From NCBI GenBank assembly GCA_964016885.1, contig OZ024743.1, positions 253,394,001-253,458,000 of the forward strand: DNA of 64,000 nucleotides. The letters are read 5' to 3'. This document shows positions 11,799-23,530 of the stretch, piece by piece (the stretch's first letter is position 1; each line of letters starts with the position of its first letter). The position numbers and the translations under genes are program-made. The notes beneath the pieces were generated by a model. The model did no database searches and had not been told where the DNA came from. It saw only the letters and a list, made by a program, of their open reading frames with translations. Origin of the DNA: Eledone cirrhosa. Its lineage: Eukaryota.

Positions 11799-13369
11799 AT
11801 TATTATTATCATTGTTGTTGTTGTTATAATTATTATTTTTTAGTTCTTTTATTTTTTTAATGAAGCATTAGTGAGAGCAGATGAGTGAGGCTGAATGGGC
11901 CTATTCTTTTCTAAGAAGGAAGAAACATCGTAAAATGGCATTTTCAATGTCCATGAGGTTACAAACTAATATGGGGTCTTGTGAAGAGTTTCTCTGGAAT
12001 TACCCTATAGCGCTGAGCACTTCTATCTGGCAACTGTTCCTAATCGACATTTGTATTGTTTTGCATTGTTATCATGACAATGTATTACAATTATATCTTC
12101 CGTTTTCCCTTTCTTGACTTCTCCATTACTTTACTTGATGTAAACACCATTTTCTGTTGTTTTTCATGCTTGTGTTGTCCCCAAAGTCTTGGGTCCTTCT
12201 GCTCAATAACATATCATTATTATAGTAGACGAAATCCGCCCACGGTTCATAACTGAACACAGGATCATGTGATTGTAAAACAAGCTACTTAACCACACAG
12301 CCATGCCTGCATCAATTTCTGTATAAAAAGTAATGCATAATTCCCCTAAAATTACAGAAAAGTCTGAACGTTTATTTAACTATTATATTTAACCTAACAT
12401 TGAGAAAACAACGATGGAAATGAGAAGGCAAAATGCAATATTGTGTTACAATGTTTGTTTATGTGTATTTCATATAGCTACAAGTTAAAACATGTAAAGT
12501 ATTTGTTTAGAATCATGCAGTGTACTGGGAAAGTCATGTAGACTTGGAGCTGGCACGAACCTGATTGTATTTCAATTGTATGGAAATATAATATTTTAAA
12601 AATTGATGATACATGAGAATGTGAAGGAAGATGAGGTTGATTATGAATGAGAAGTGTAGAAGGGGAAGGACGGAGGATGTGGAGGAGGAAGGCCGATGTG
12701 GACAGAGGAGGTGTAAGGGGAAATACGAGTTGAAAGAGGAAGGTCGATATAGAAGCGGAAGAACGAAGTAGAAGTGGAAGGACAATGAGGAAGAGTATGA
12801 ACGAGGTTTATTATGCTAATGCAATGATAATTATCGCAATCACTTACATCTTCACTACTATTGTTATAAAAAAATAACAAAACAACAGGAGCATTCGTCG
12901 TCGTAACCGACTGAGGTCCATCGCTTTTGGGAAAATGTTAATCTAGTGTTTTGTTACAGCTTTTTTCCTTCTGAGTTCAAATTATTAAGTCTCCGTCGGC
13001 ACCGACAAATACTGTTCCAGTTGTTCGATCAATAGAAAAGCTAGCTCATGAAATTAACATGCATCTGGCTGAGAATTTCACAGACAGATGCACCATTAAT
13101 GCAATTCTTTGGGAGAATCAGCGTGACAGAATATGTGACAAGGTTGACTTTTTGAATTACAGGTGGAGACCATCTGAATGGCTTCCAAACAGTTTCTGTC
13201 GACCTATTTTAATTTACAAGAATATGATAGCGGCCAACAATTTACTCAGGAGGGAAAATATCATAGTAGCAGAGAATATGGGGAGAGATCGAAAAAAGTA
13301 ACACAAAACAAAACAAAAACGCACTGATCTGTGATGGAGCAAAGCATTAAAATACTTGTGAAAGACAGT

Positions 13370-13720
13370 ACTAAACGAAAACGTCAAAGCCGAAATTAGA
13401 AATGAGGATAATTATGATAGACTGAGGAGAAATATGATATAGAAAGAAAGGGGTTCGTAATTGTCTTAGAAGACTTGAAACGATGTGTGATTGCAGAGAA
13501 AGCAAAGGTATCCAGATATAAACAGCGAATTAAATAATTCCAACAAAACAAGCTCTTCAGGGTGAACAAAAAGAAGTTCTATCAGGAAATTAATATAATA
13601 TTAGCAGAAGTGTTGGTCCCAAATGAGCAGAAAAATAAGCAGTTATGAATTAATATCTGGAGTAAAAGGTAAGAGCGCAAAAAAGGCTGGATTGTTAAAA
13701 GATCTGAAGAGAGACACTGT
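13370..13720 (+). mobile_element. Decayed R4/Dong N-terminal ORF fragment
   Basis: Translates EDLKRCVIAEKAKVSRYKQRIK*FQQNKLFRVNKKKFYQEIN, homologous to EELKQRIVAKSAKIRRY (Dong-A) and KQKVSAKAARIRRFEKRS...NQRNFYRKI (Dong-B). Confidence 0.7.
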
Positions 13721-13759
13721 ATATTCAGATATCCTGCCTAAACTGTGAACAGGTGTGCT

Positions 13760-14748
13760 CACCGTTTGTCAGGCGGGCTTTTCTGCAGCTCGTCTCTTTG
13801 AATGAGCTGGAGTCCTGGGTAAAGAGGAGACTTTGACTGGGGGCCTCGCATCTGAAATGTTGCCACGTATTCACTACCCTCTACCAGGCGGGCAATGCGG
13901 TCAGTGGAACTTCCACTAAAGAGTTCTATTGAGGATTAGTGGTGGGAGAGTGCGATGACGCACTCAGAGAGGCTCTGGGCGTCGATGAAGTCGAACAGAC
14001 AAGGTAGTTTAGCAGGACTTTCGAGCAAGGGACGATGGATAATTTCCAGAAATTCCGCGGTTGGCAGTGCTACCGGGGGCGCTGCCGGTTCGAGATAAAT
14101 TATACAGGCACGGAAGTTCTGTCACACGGACCTGCCCAAGATGCGCGCAGAGTGATGAAACCGTTCTGCACGCACTCGTCCAGTGTCCGTGCATTACTGA
14201 TTTGTGGATTTATGTCGAAAAGCTGTTGTCGCATGTAGGCCGGACGCAGCTATGCGTCGAGTCCATAGTGAAGATCAACCGGCTGCCTACATTTGGCCAG
14301 GAATGGCAGACAATTTCTAGTGGCAGTAGCGAAAGAGGTTGTATGACTGAAGACCGACACTTTTCTCTTCGGTCAATTCCACATCAACTTTTTCAAGTTT
14401 AACTTGGAAAGGAAGGTGAAGGTGGATAGAGAAGTGCTGACCTCCAGTACATTTGCTATGATGAATGTGGCGAGAATAGCCTATGTGTGTGCGCATACTC
14501 CGACCATGCGCCGGTAGGCTGGTTGATTTTGGGGAGAGGGGTGCTTTTGAAGCGTCGGGTGGTTCAGGATTTGTGGGGTACCTGAGTAAACGCTGGGTAG
14601 TTATTTCTCTTATTGGGGAACTCTGTTGTTTGTAATTTTTTTTTTTATTGTTGTTTTCATATTTTTTCTTGATTTTTGTGTAAAAAAACCTACTGACCAC
14701 GTCTATTGTATTGTCCGATATATGTCGCCCTTGTGGCCAATAAATGAA
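13760..14748 (+). mobile_element. Decayed 3' fragment of a divergent Tx1 subfamily
   Basis: GALPVRDKLYRHGSSVTRTCPRCAQSDETVLHALVQCP is homologous to the ORF2 C-terminus. Different 3'UTR ending CCTTGTGGCCAATAAATGAA(ATT)n. Confidence 0.85.
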
Positions 14749-14809
14749 ATTATTATTATTATTATTATTAATAGTAGTAGTGGCAGAGGTGGTGGTGGTG
14801 GTGGTGATT

Positions 14810-14861
<52 letters not shown>

Positions 14862-17089
14862 AATGCACTGTCCTTATGTATCTTTTTGCACGCTAGCAGT
14901 CCGTCAAGACAAGAAGAGGCAATATCTGTGTGACAAATGATAACGAAAACCTTGAAATGTATTCAAAGTGTTTATGTGAGAAAATAGGAGAAATAAAATA
15001 TTTTTTACTGTCATAACATTGCTACCCCAATGATGTGGGCCTAGTAGGTGGGGGCGAAAGATTTGTCGTGTGTTGGAGCTTATGTGTAGGCCACCTCGTT
15101 GCGCCAGTGGATAGAATGGAAGGTGAGGGCAACGCGTCGGAATAGCCATTCCAACTCACGGGGCTCGCTCCTGTAGGTAGCCAAATCTAGATTGATAGTA
15201 GTGAATAGTGATGTGGATGGCATCACTGAATGTTGCTTCCCAGATAAAAAAAAAACCACAACAGAGGAATATATCTATTTTACCACATGTGTTAATAAAC
15301 ATAATTTAACTGGGTCGTTGTTTCTATTCATTGCATATAGAAATATGCTGCCACATTCATAACTTCCTAATTATCCTGTAGTTGGCGTCCAAGACAATTT
15401 CATGTTGGTTGCTGAGTAGTTTTGTGGCAAAGACATAAGTTTATTAAATAAGTTGCACCTGAAGAAGTAAAATGAAAAAGTGATTTGGGTGATATTTTGT
15501 ATGATATTTGTATAATTTTTATTTGTTAATTTCCATTTCAGCAGCTTAAGGATTCATTATAGGTTTGTGAAACTGTGCGACATATAACTTTAAACAATTC
15601 ACAAATTAACCATCAACTTCGATATTTCAAACTAACATTATTTAGCTTCTCCTGCAACGTCAATTTGCGTAATTTCAAATTCGATAAGTTTCTAGGATTG
15701 ACAAAGAGAAAGCCAAATGATGGCTCCAAGAATATTTCTATTTATCAGCTATAGATTGAAAATTTAGCAAAACTATATATATATATACGTATATATATAT
15801 ATATAAGGAGAGAAAGCGTGGCATGTTTTGTTTTACGTATTCTTTGTTTTGTGTTTCCTTTCTGTTTTATTTTTTACTTCTCTATTGTTATTGGGTTGTA
15901 ATTGTGTCTGTGCATAAGTGAAGCTAATTCACGTTTGTTCTATATTTACGTAGCATGATAGGATTAGAAAAGATCAAATAAATATGATTTGAAGAATATC
16001 TATTTATTGGTAAGGGAATTTTTTGTTTGTTTTATCTTTCATTTGAGCGATGGCATTTCGAAAACTGCATTCATCTTTACATTTCCCTAGATAATTACTT
16101 TTGTTAGTGCTTTCTTAAAATATTATTTCGTTATTCTCCAAAATATTCTAACGTATTCCATCATATTCCTTGCACTTGTCTGGAGTTTCTTCCTGTATTC
16201 CGATGCAGTAAATGTTAATGTATGCGTAGTATATAAGGTGTGAATATATCAAAGAGTCATAGTTTTGTATTGATCATTCTTGAGTATAGAACAATGCATA
16301 GCTAAATTCTGCTGCCAGAGTTAATTGTTCACACATTTATATTTATATATTTATATATTTATATACTTATACAAATTATGCATGTCTCTCTCACAAGATA
16401 TCGGAATATTTTAAAACTTTTGTTCAGATCTAGATCTTTATCAAGTTTATTTCAATCTAAATTCCAAAGCATCTTTTCAAATATTAACAAAAGGAAAAGG
16501 ATGTATATCTTAGCTAATTATTTTAGTAACAAACCATAAAATATTATATTTCACAGTAACATCAAAAACCACGTGAGAAGAACCACAATAAACCGAAATA
16601 AACGGAAACAAACCAACCCAAACCACACCAAACAGCAACGTAATATATATACAGGTGCAACATTGCTCCACTAGCAACTGAGGTTCGGCACCTTTTTAAC
16701 CCTTTCATTACCCTAATTCTAATGATGCCTATAATTTTCAAACTATTTTGAAAATAATCAAGAATTTGGAGGAACTTAGTAACATAACTAATATTCTCAG
16801 TATTATGCCGGTGTTTGGAGCATAACTTCACAAAGATTCTTACAAAAATTACGATGAAAGGTTTTTAAATAAAAATAAACTCTTAAAACATGTTTATGTA
16901 TCATTGAGCCCAGAGCAGTTTAATTCGCTATAGCATCAAAACGCTTAGTCTATATCTTGTTATGGACACTTGAATTTCTATTGATCCATCAGACTAGGCC
17001 ATTTAGTTTAGGAGATTACCACGTGAGATTTCATTTTAAATACATGCGGATACTGCAGAAGTGTGAGAACGATGCACAAAATGTTTTGC

Positions 17090-18291
17090 AGCATGTAGTG
17101 GTGGTGCTTTACGTTCTGAATTCCAATACCAACGAGGCCAACCCTAACTTTTATCCTTCTGGAGTTGATAAAATAAAGTACTGGGTCGATATAATCGACT
17201 CTCTCCACCCCAAAAGTTGTTACTTCATTAGAAGCTATTTTAGTTGATGAATTGGAAGATTGTTTCTAGCTTATTATACTTCTAGTGAATTATTATGTAG
17301 TTCAGTCAAATGGATAACCCGGCATAAATCTGGAACCAAGGGTGGCAGAAAATAGGTGTTAAAACAGTATCTGAGATGATACGATAATTGTTGCTATTGG
17401 TAGCGTCGAATGGTAGAAAATGAGTTCCTCATATAGCAAGTAATATATGTACTTTACATGTAACATAAACATAAATACTCCTAATGGATTATGTTAGAAC
17501 TGTATTCTCTATCATTAAACACACAAAAGAGCTTCTATGAGATACATCCGCGTGGGAAGCAAACTTTGAGTTATAAAAACAACATTAAGGTTTCACTATG
17601 TAAGGTAGGGTGACAATATGAGTGCCACACCAGCAGCTTTTAAAGATGTACTTATTAAGGGAATCTCTCGTCCGAAGCTGTATACATCTCTTTCTATTTT
17701 CTTGAAATTCTATGAAATTATCTTAAATTTTATTTCATTTATCATTATTATTATAATTGTTATTGATGGATTCGCTGTATCGGTAGAACGTCGGAGAAAA
17801 TGCTTTACGGCATATAATTACACTCCTTTAACATTCGAAGTTCAAATCCCGCCGAGGTTAGCTTTGCCTTTCATACTTACAGGATCGATAAAATAAAACA
17901 CCTGTAATGCACTGGGGTCGATTTAGTAGACTTTCACGTCACCTTCAAATTGATGGCCTGTGACTAAAGTAGAAACAATTATTAGACGTAGTATCGGTAG
18001 AGAGTCAGATATCATGTTTCGCAGAATATACTTATGACCCTTTATGTTCTGAGTTCATATCTCTCCGAGTTTAGCCTTGCCTTTCATAATAAAATAAACT
18101 ACAAGTCTCGCACTGGAGACAATTTAATCGACTTTCCTCTCCCATCAAATTGCTGGCCTTAGGCCTAAATTTGAAACCATTATCATTATCATTATTATTA
18201 TTAACTTTGCCTTTCATCCTTACGGGGTCGATAAAATAAAGTACCAGTAATACACTGGTTAATTGCTGGCCTTGTGACAAAAGTAGAAACA

Positions 18292-18292
<1 letters not shown>
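17090..18292 (+). mobile_element. Cluster of four copies of the Meta-like tRNA SINE (about 17090-17235, 17765-17980, 17985-18180, 18199-18292)
   Basis: Repeated GTTCAAAT / TTTGCCTTTCAT..GGTCGATAAAATAAAGTAC / GCTGGCCTT..GAAAC motifs. The last copy ends in (ATT)n at 18292-18332. Confidence 0.75.
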
Positions 18293-18332
<40 letters not shown>

Positions 18333-18335
<3 letters not shown>

Positions 18336-21300
18336 AGTTACATCTATCTTGCTTTATGTTCATACGAGTTATCACCAAGTCACAACCAGTGACCTCAAGA
18401 GACAACAAGGTCCGCCATGTTCAAGAAAGAACATACACATTCACACGTGCATCTTTAGTGTTTAGACTTGTGATGTACTTATATTGACAGAATCTTCCTT
18501 AGTATATGGGCAGTTCCCATTAGTACTATCTTTTGTATTTCTCCTATACGCGGGTTTCCTGGGATTTGCGATAAGTAATCATTAGACCCCTTAGGTATCA
18601 TTCCCAAACAATTCCCTACAACCACTGGTATTGTTTTAGTTCTCAATTTCCACATTTTTCCAATTTCTATCTCCAGGTCCTTATACTTGCTCAATTTTTC
18701 AAATGTTTTTATAGATACATTCTTGTCTATTGGAACAGACATATCAATTAGCAGGCATACCCTCTTTTGAAAGTCCTTCAATATTATATCAGGTCTATTT
18801 GCATCTATTTTTCGGTCTGTTTGGATGCTAAAGTTCCACAAGATTGAGATGTGATCTTTTTCAAGTATGGGAGGGGGTTGATGCTCCCACCAATTCTTTT
18901 GATGGGGCAGGTCAAAATGCTTACACATTATCCAATGTATGTATTGTGCAGCTCTGTCATGCCTGTTTAGGTATTCGGTTGGAGCTATAGGACTGCACAT
19001 TGACATTATATGGTCAATGGTCTCTGGTTGTTTTTTGCATACACGGCATAATGGGCTGCACCCATTTTTTATTATGTTGGCTTGGTAATTTTTTGTTGGC
19101 AGACACTGATCTTGTGCCGATATAATCAGTCCTTCAGTCTCCGATTTCAGTCCAGAGGATGCCAACCACTGATGGGTTAAAGTTTTGTCAACATCAGGAT
19201 TGTTAGCTCGCTCTGGGTATTTTCCATACAGAGGCTTTTCTTGCCATTTCTTAGCCAGTTTCTGTAGCAGTTCTTTCTTTGAAGTTACTTTTACCTGCTT
19301 TGCTTTTTCTGTGTTTTCCATTTCAGCAGTAAATGGGACTTCTGAAATTTGTAGTCCATTACTGTATCTTTGTGCATCTTTTGTAATGGAATATGATCTT
19401 TTAATGCTTTCGTGTTTCAAAACGAGTTTGATCATCCAATCATGTGATTCCCTTAGATATGTAGATAATCCAATTGTTGCAGTTTTCAACGCAATGTCTA
19501 ACTGGACTAACCCACGTCCTCCTTCTTTCCTAGGGAGATATATTCTATCTATATATGCCTTAGGGTGATGCATTCTGTGCATGGTTAAGAATTTTCGAAT
19601 TTTTGTATCGAGCCTACGGATCTCTGTGCATGACCAGTTGATGACATTGTAACTGTAGGTTACTACTGGTATGGCAAGCGTGTTTATGGCATCGATCCTA
19701 TTGCTTGCATTCAATTCCGTTCTTAAGATTGCTCTTACTCTGCGGTAACATTCCTTCCCTATCCTTTCCCTCATTGTCGAGTGCTTGATTCCGTCTCCTT
19801 CACAAACACCTAGATATTTGTAAGTTTTTTCTTGATCAAGTTCTCTTATCACGTTCCCCCGATCAAGATTAATGTCTGAACTCTTCAGCAGCTTTCCTCT
19901 GGTGAACGTTGCATTGGCGCATTTATCTAGTCCAAACTCCATTTTAATGTCATCACTGAACTGCTTCACAGTGGATAATGGCCCTTACAATTGTTCATCA
20001 TTTTTTGCAAATAGTTTCAGGTCATCCATGTAGAACAGGTGATTAATGGTTTTGTCATAGACTTTATATCCATGTTTTGTTTCATTGAGCATTTTACTTA
20101 ATGGTATAAGTGCGATGCAGAATAAAAGCGGTGATAAAGAGTCACCCTGAAAAATTCCACAATTAATATTAACTTCTCCAGCTTCCAGTGATTTTGTTTC
20201 ACTATCCAAAAGGAGTGTCGTTTTCCATGTCTTCATACTGAATGACAAAAACATCCTGACAACGGGGGATATTTTGAAAATCTCTAAACATTTTTCAATC
20301 CAACTGTGTGGCAAACTATCGAATGCTTTTTTATAATCTATCCAAGCAATCGATAGATTTTTGTGTCTATTATGACAATCTTCCAGTATCATTTTGTTAA
20401 CCAAAAGCTGATCCTTACAGCCATATGAGCCTCGTTTACACCCTTTCTGCTCAATGGGAAATAGGTCATTTGTTATCAGGTGGTCATATGTGTATTCAGC
20501 TAGGACTGACGTTAAAATTTTATACATTGTGGTCAAGCAAGTTATCGGTCTGTAATTTTTGGGATTGTTTGTCTCATCATTCTTCGGAAGCAGGAATGTA
20601 ATGCCGTTCACTAGCCATGATGGTATCTTTTCTGGCTCCTTAACTATTTCATTTTAAAGTTGGGCTAACAGCTCATGAGACTCTGTGAAGGCATTTATCC
20701 AAAAGTTTTGTATTTTGTCTTTTCCTGGGGATTTCCATTTGCTGGTTTTTCTTAGAGCCAAGCGCAACTGTTCAACTGTTATATTTCCCCATGTTTGTTC
20801 CTCAAGGTGAGCTGTATCTTTCATTTGTCTGTCTATCCATGGGGCATGTATGTTATGAACTTTTTCTTCGGCCCAGATCTTTTCCCAGAATTCTTGCACT
20901 TCCTCCTTGGGTGGTATTGATTTAGCAGTTATTGTTGACTTACCAATTTTTCTGTAGAAGTTTCTTTGGTTCTTTTTGAACATATTATTGTCCTTATAGA
21001 ATATAGATCGTTTTTCAAAGCGCCTTATACGAGCAGCTTTGGCCGACACTTTTTGCTTGATTATTTCTATCAGCATGTCTATGTCACATGTTGATTTTAT
21101 ACTGTACTTTTTTTTCAATTTTCTAAGTTTAGTTTGTTTAACATGTTCACCTACTTTATAGTTTGTTAAAATTTCTATGTCAGATCGGAGAAGGTTTATT
21201 TGGCGATTGATGTTCTCTTGCCAAGTAGATTTCTTGTGGGAATTCCTTTGTTTTTTCATCTTCACTCCACATAAGTGAGTGGTGACTTTAGCCGATGCAT

Positions 21301-22290
21301 AATAGAGATGATTTAAATCAGTAATGTTTAGTTTGTTTGTGATGATAATGTTTTTGAGAATTATGTTAGCCTTGTGTATTATATTTTGGTTCTTTTTGGA
21401 GTTCTGGATCTAAGGGAGGGTGCCTCGTTGCCACATGTCAGATTCTTTCATTTTCATCCATTCGATCATAATTTCATCCTTTAAGCTGGCAAGTTCATTC
21501 TCATTCATTTCTTTATCATTTACGATCTCATTATTTTCATTTGGAGTTTCATCCTGAGCATGCACTCCCTCCACTTTTTCGATCCTTTCTTTAATTTGTT
21601 CTGTTGCCAGTGATTCCGCCCCAACCCTGGGATTCGAAGTGTTACAGTTTACCTCGTTTTAACTGACACATGTTTCATTTTCCCTTCACTGACTTTGTGC
21701 TAATAGCTTGATCTGATCAATTTCTATATCAGTTAGTAACTTTTTTCTTACAATATTTCTTCGTATATTGGCTAGTTTGTTACTGTCAATATAGCCTCTG
21801 TTTTCGGGATGTTTCTTGTTCCAGTTGATCTATGTCTGTTCTGTATTCGATGTATTTGATGGGTAGTACATGGCAGTGTAGAAAGCCTCAAGGACTTCTT
21901 TATTATCTTCCCTTGAACATTTTTCTCTCTTTTTCTTTGGATTTCTTGGTGGTGAGCATGGAGGGCCAACAGTAGGAGTATTCCGGTTATGGGAGGTCTC
22001 CAGCTCCGAAGTGATGGGAAGGTTTAAACCATTAGCTGATTTTTCGAACCCAGTCTGGTTCCTCTCTGAGGGACGCGGCCCTTTTTGACCCGGGTGACGG
22101 CCGATCCGGTATGAGATTTTATCATTAGACATTTACTTTATTTTGTCGCGTTTTATCCTTATCCGCCAAGGGGTTATCATTTCGTGTTAGCACTTCTAGA
22201 ACGAGTGTTAACCAAGACTAGAGGTGTCGTTCTCCCCTAGAGACACGGCTATTCCCCGCCGGCCGCCATCCCGGTATTTCTTGGTCACGG
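18333..22290 (-). mobile_element. Near full-length R4/Dong RLE retrotransposon (copy Dong-B, second family), disrupted
   Basis: ORF starts at 22132 (MSNDKIS). Fragments 21265-20654, 20611-19985 (NYRPITCL, GIFQGDSLSP, FYMDD) and 19969-18479 (CRVC..H..C, RHD, NRPDI..IDMSVP..K..KY.DL). 3' end abuts (TAA)n. Confidence 0.92.
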
Positions 22291-22374
22291 GGTTTTCTTT
22301 TTGTTGTTTTTTTTAATTGTTATTATCATGAGTGGTTCCTTAATGTGAGCATTGCGTGGCTTAAGAATGAAATT

Positions 22375-22427
22375 ATTAATAATTGTCTCCACTCCAGGCA
22401 CAAGGCCAGCAATCACCCAGTGCATTA
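22375..22427 (-). mobile_element. SINE 3' fragment
   Basis: Nearly identical to 8850-8897 (GGCACAAGGCCAGCAAT.ACCCAGTGCATTAC). Confidence 0.7.
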
Positions 22428-23274
22428 CAATAATATAATATACTTTTTGTTGTAGTTGGCTGTTATTGTTGTTGGCTATGTCGGTGGTGGTGCCGGGGCT
22501 TTTTATATTGTTGGTGAGGAAGGGGTGAGCCAGCAGTCCCATAGTTGTTGATGTTGACGTTTGGCCGGTGGCCAGGTCACTAAGTCAATCTATTTATATC
22601 TTTTGCTAGCCTCTCCCTTGTCTAGTGATACCGCCACCTTCCCCTTTCTCTCTCAAGTTAACAGGGGAATAGTGGTGGTAGCATTGAAGGAGTGGTGGCG
22701 GCGACGATGGGATAGTGGTAGCAATGATGGATGGGGTGGGTGGTGGCAGCGGTGGCGTTGTGGTTACTGATATGTAGTATCTATGAGTTTGTGTTCGTAT
22801 GTTTAATATATCTTTTTATTATATTTTGTGTTGACATATTCCCGTAAAATTGGAATTAAACATTTTTTTTTAAATTTGAGACAATAATAATAGTAATTAT
22901 TATTATGATGCTGGTGAAATTGCCGTTATCTGGCTGTTATATTTAGTGTGATGAAATAGGTAGTGTATCAAGTTTCTGGTGTTGGTGAAATTGCTGTTAT
23001 TTGGCTGTTCTATATAGTGTAGACAGAGGGTGTCTTTTTCCCATTTATAACCATTTTCTTTTTTTGAATACAAAATATATAATACAAAATTGAATATTTG
23101 AGCGATACAACAATATAATATGGATCCGAAACTTTATGGGACCTGATTCGGTGGTTTATGCAACATTTGTACTAAGAATTGTTATTTCACAATTGATTTA
23201 AATATGTTAAAAATCAAAACTTACAGGAGCGATTTCATGACCTTCTACCACCTCGTGCGTCTTCTTCCCTTATC

Positions 23275-23315
<41 letters not shown>

Positions 23316-23530
23316 GAATGCCATGGTTGACGGAGGCTCGGCTCTGTAAGGTATAGTAATTTTTAACCGTTAAAACAATTGTAAATTGTTTAAAACTTGA
23401 ACCAAATTGTTGATAAAGACACCCTCCTCCTCGTGAGAGGGGTCTTTCTGTCCGTTATTTGGCCCTTCGGGGTTAAATAACCAGTTATTGGGGTTTTGTA
23501 CCCAAAATTTCATTTTAAACAAAAAACAAC

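Noticed and set aside
23415-23446. HDV-like ribozyme suggested by CTCCTCGT in the Tx1-B 5'UTR
   Set aside because: The sequence folds as a simple hairpin. No P1/P1.1/P2 pseudoknot partners or J4/2 could be assigned.
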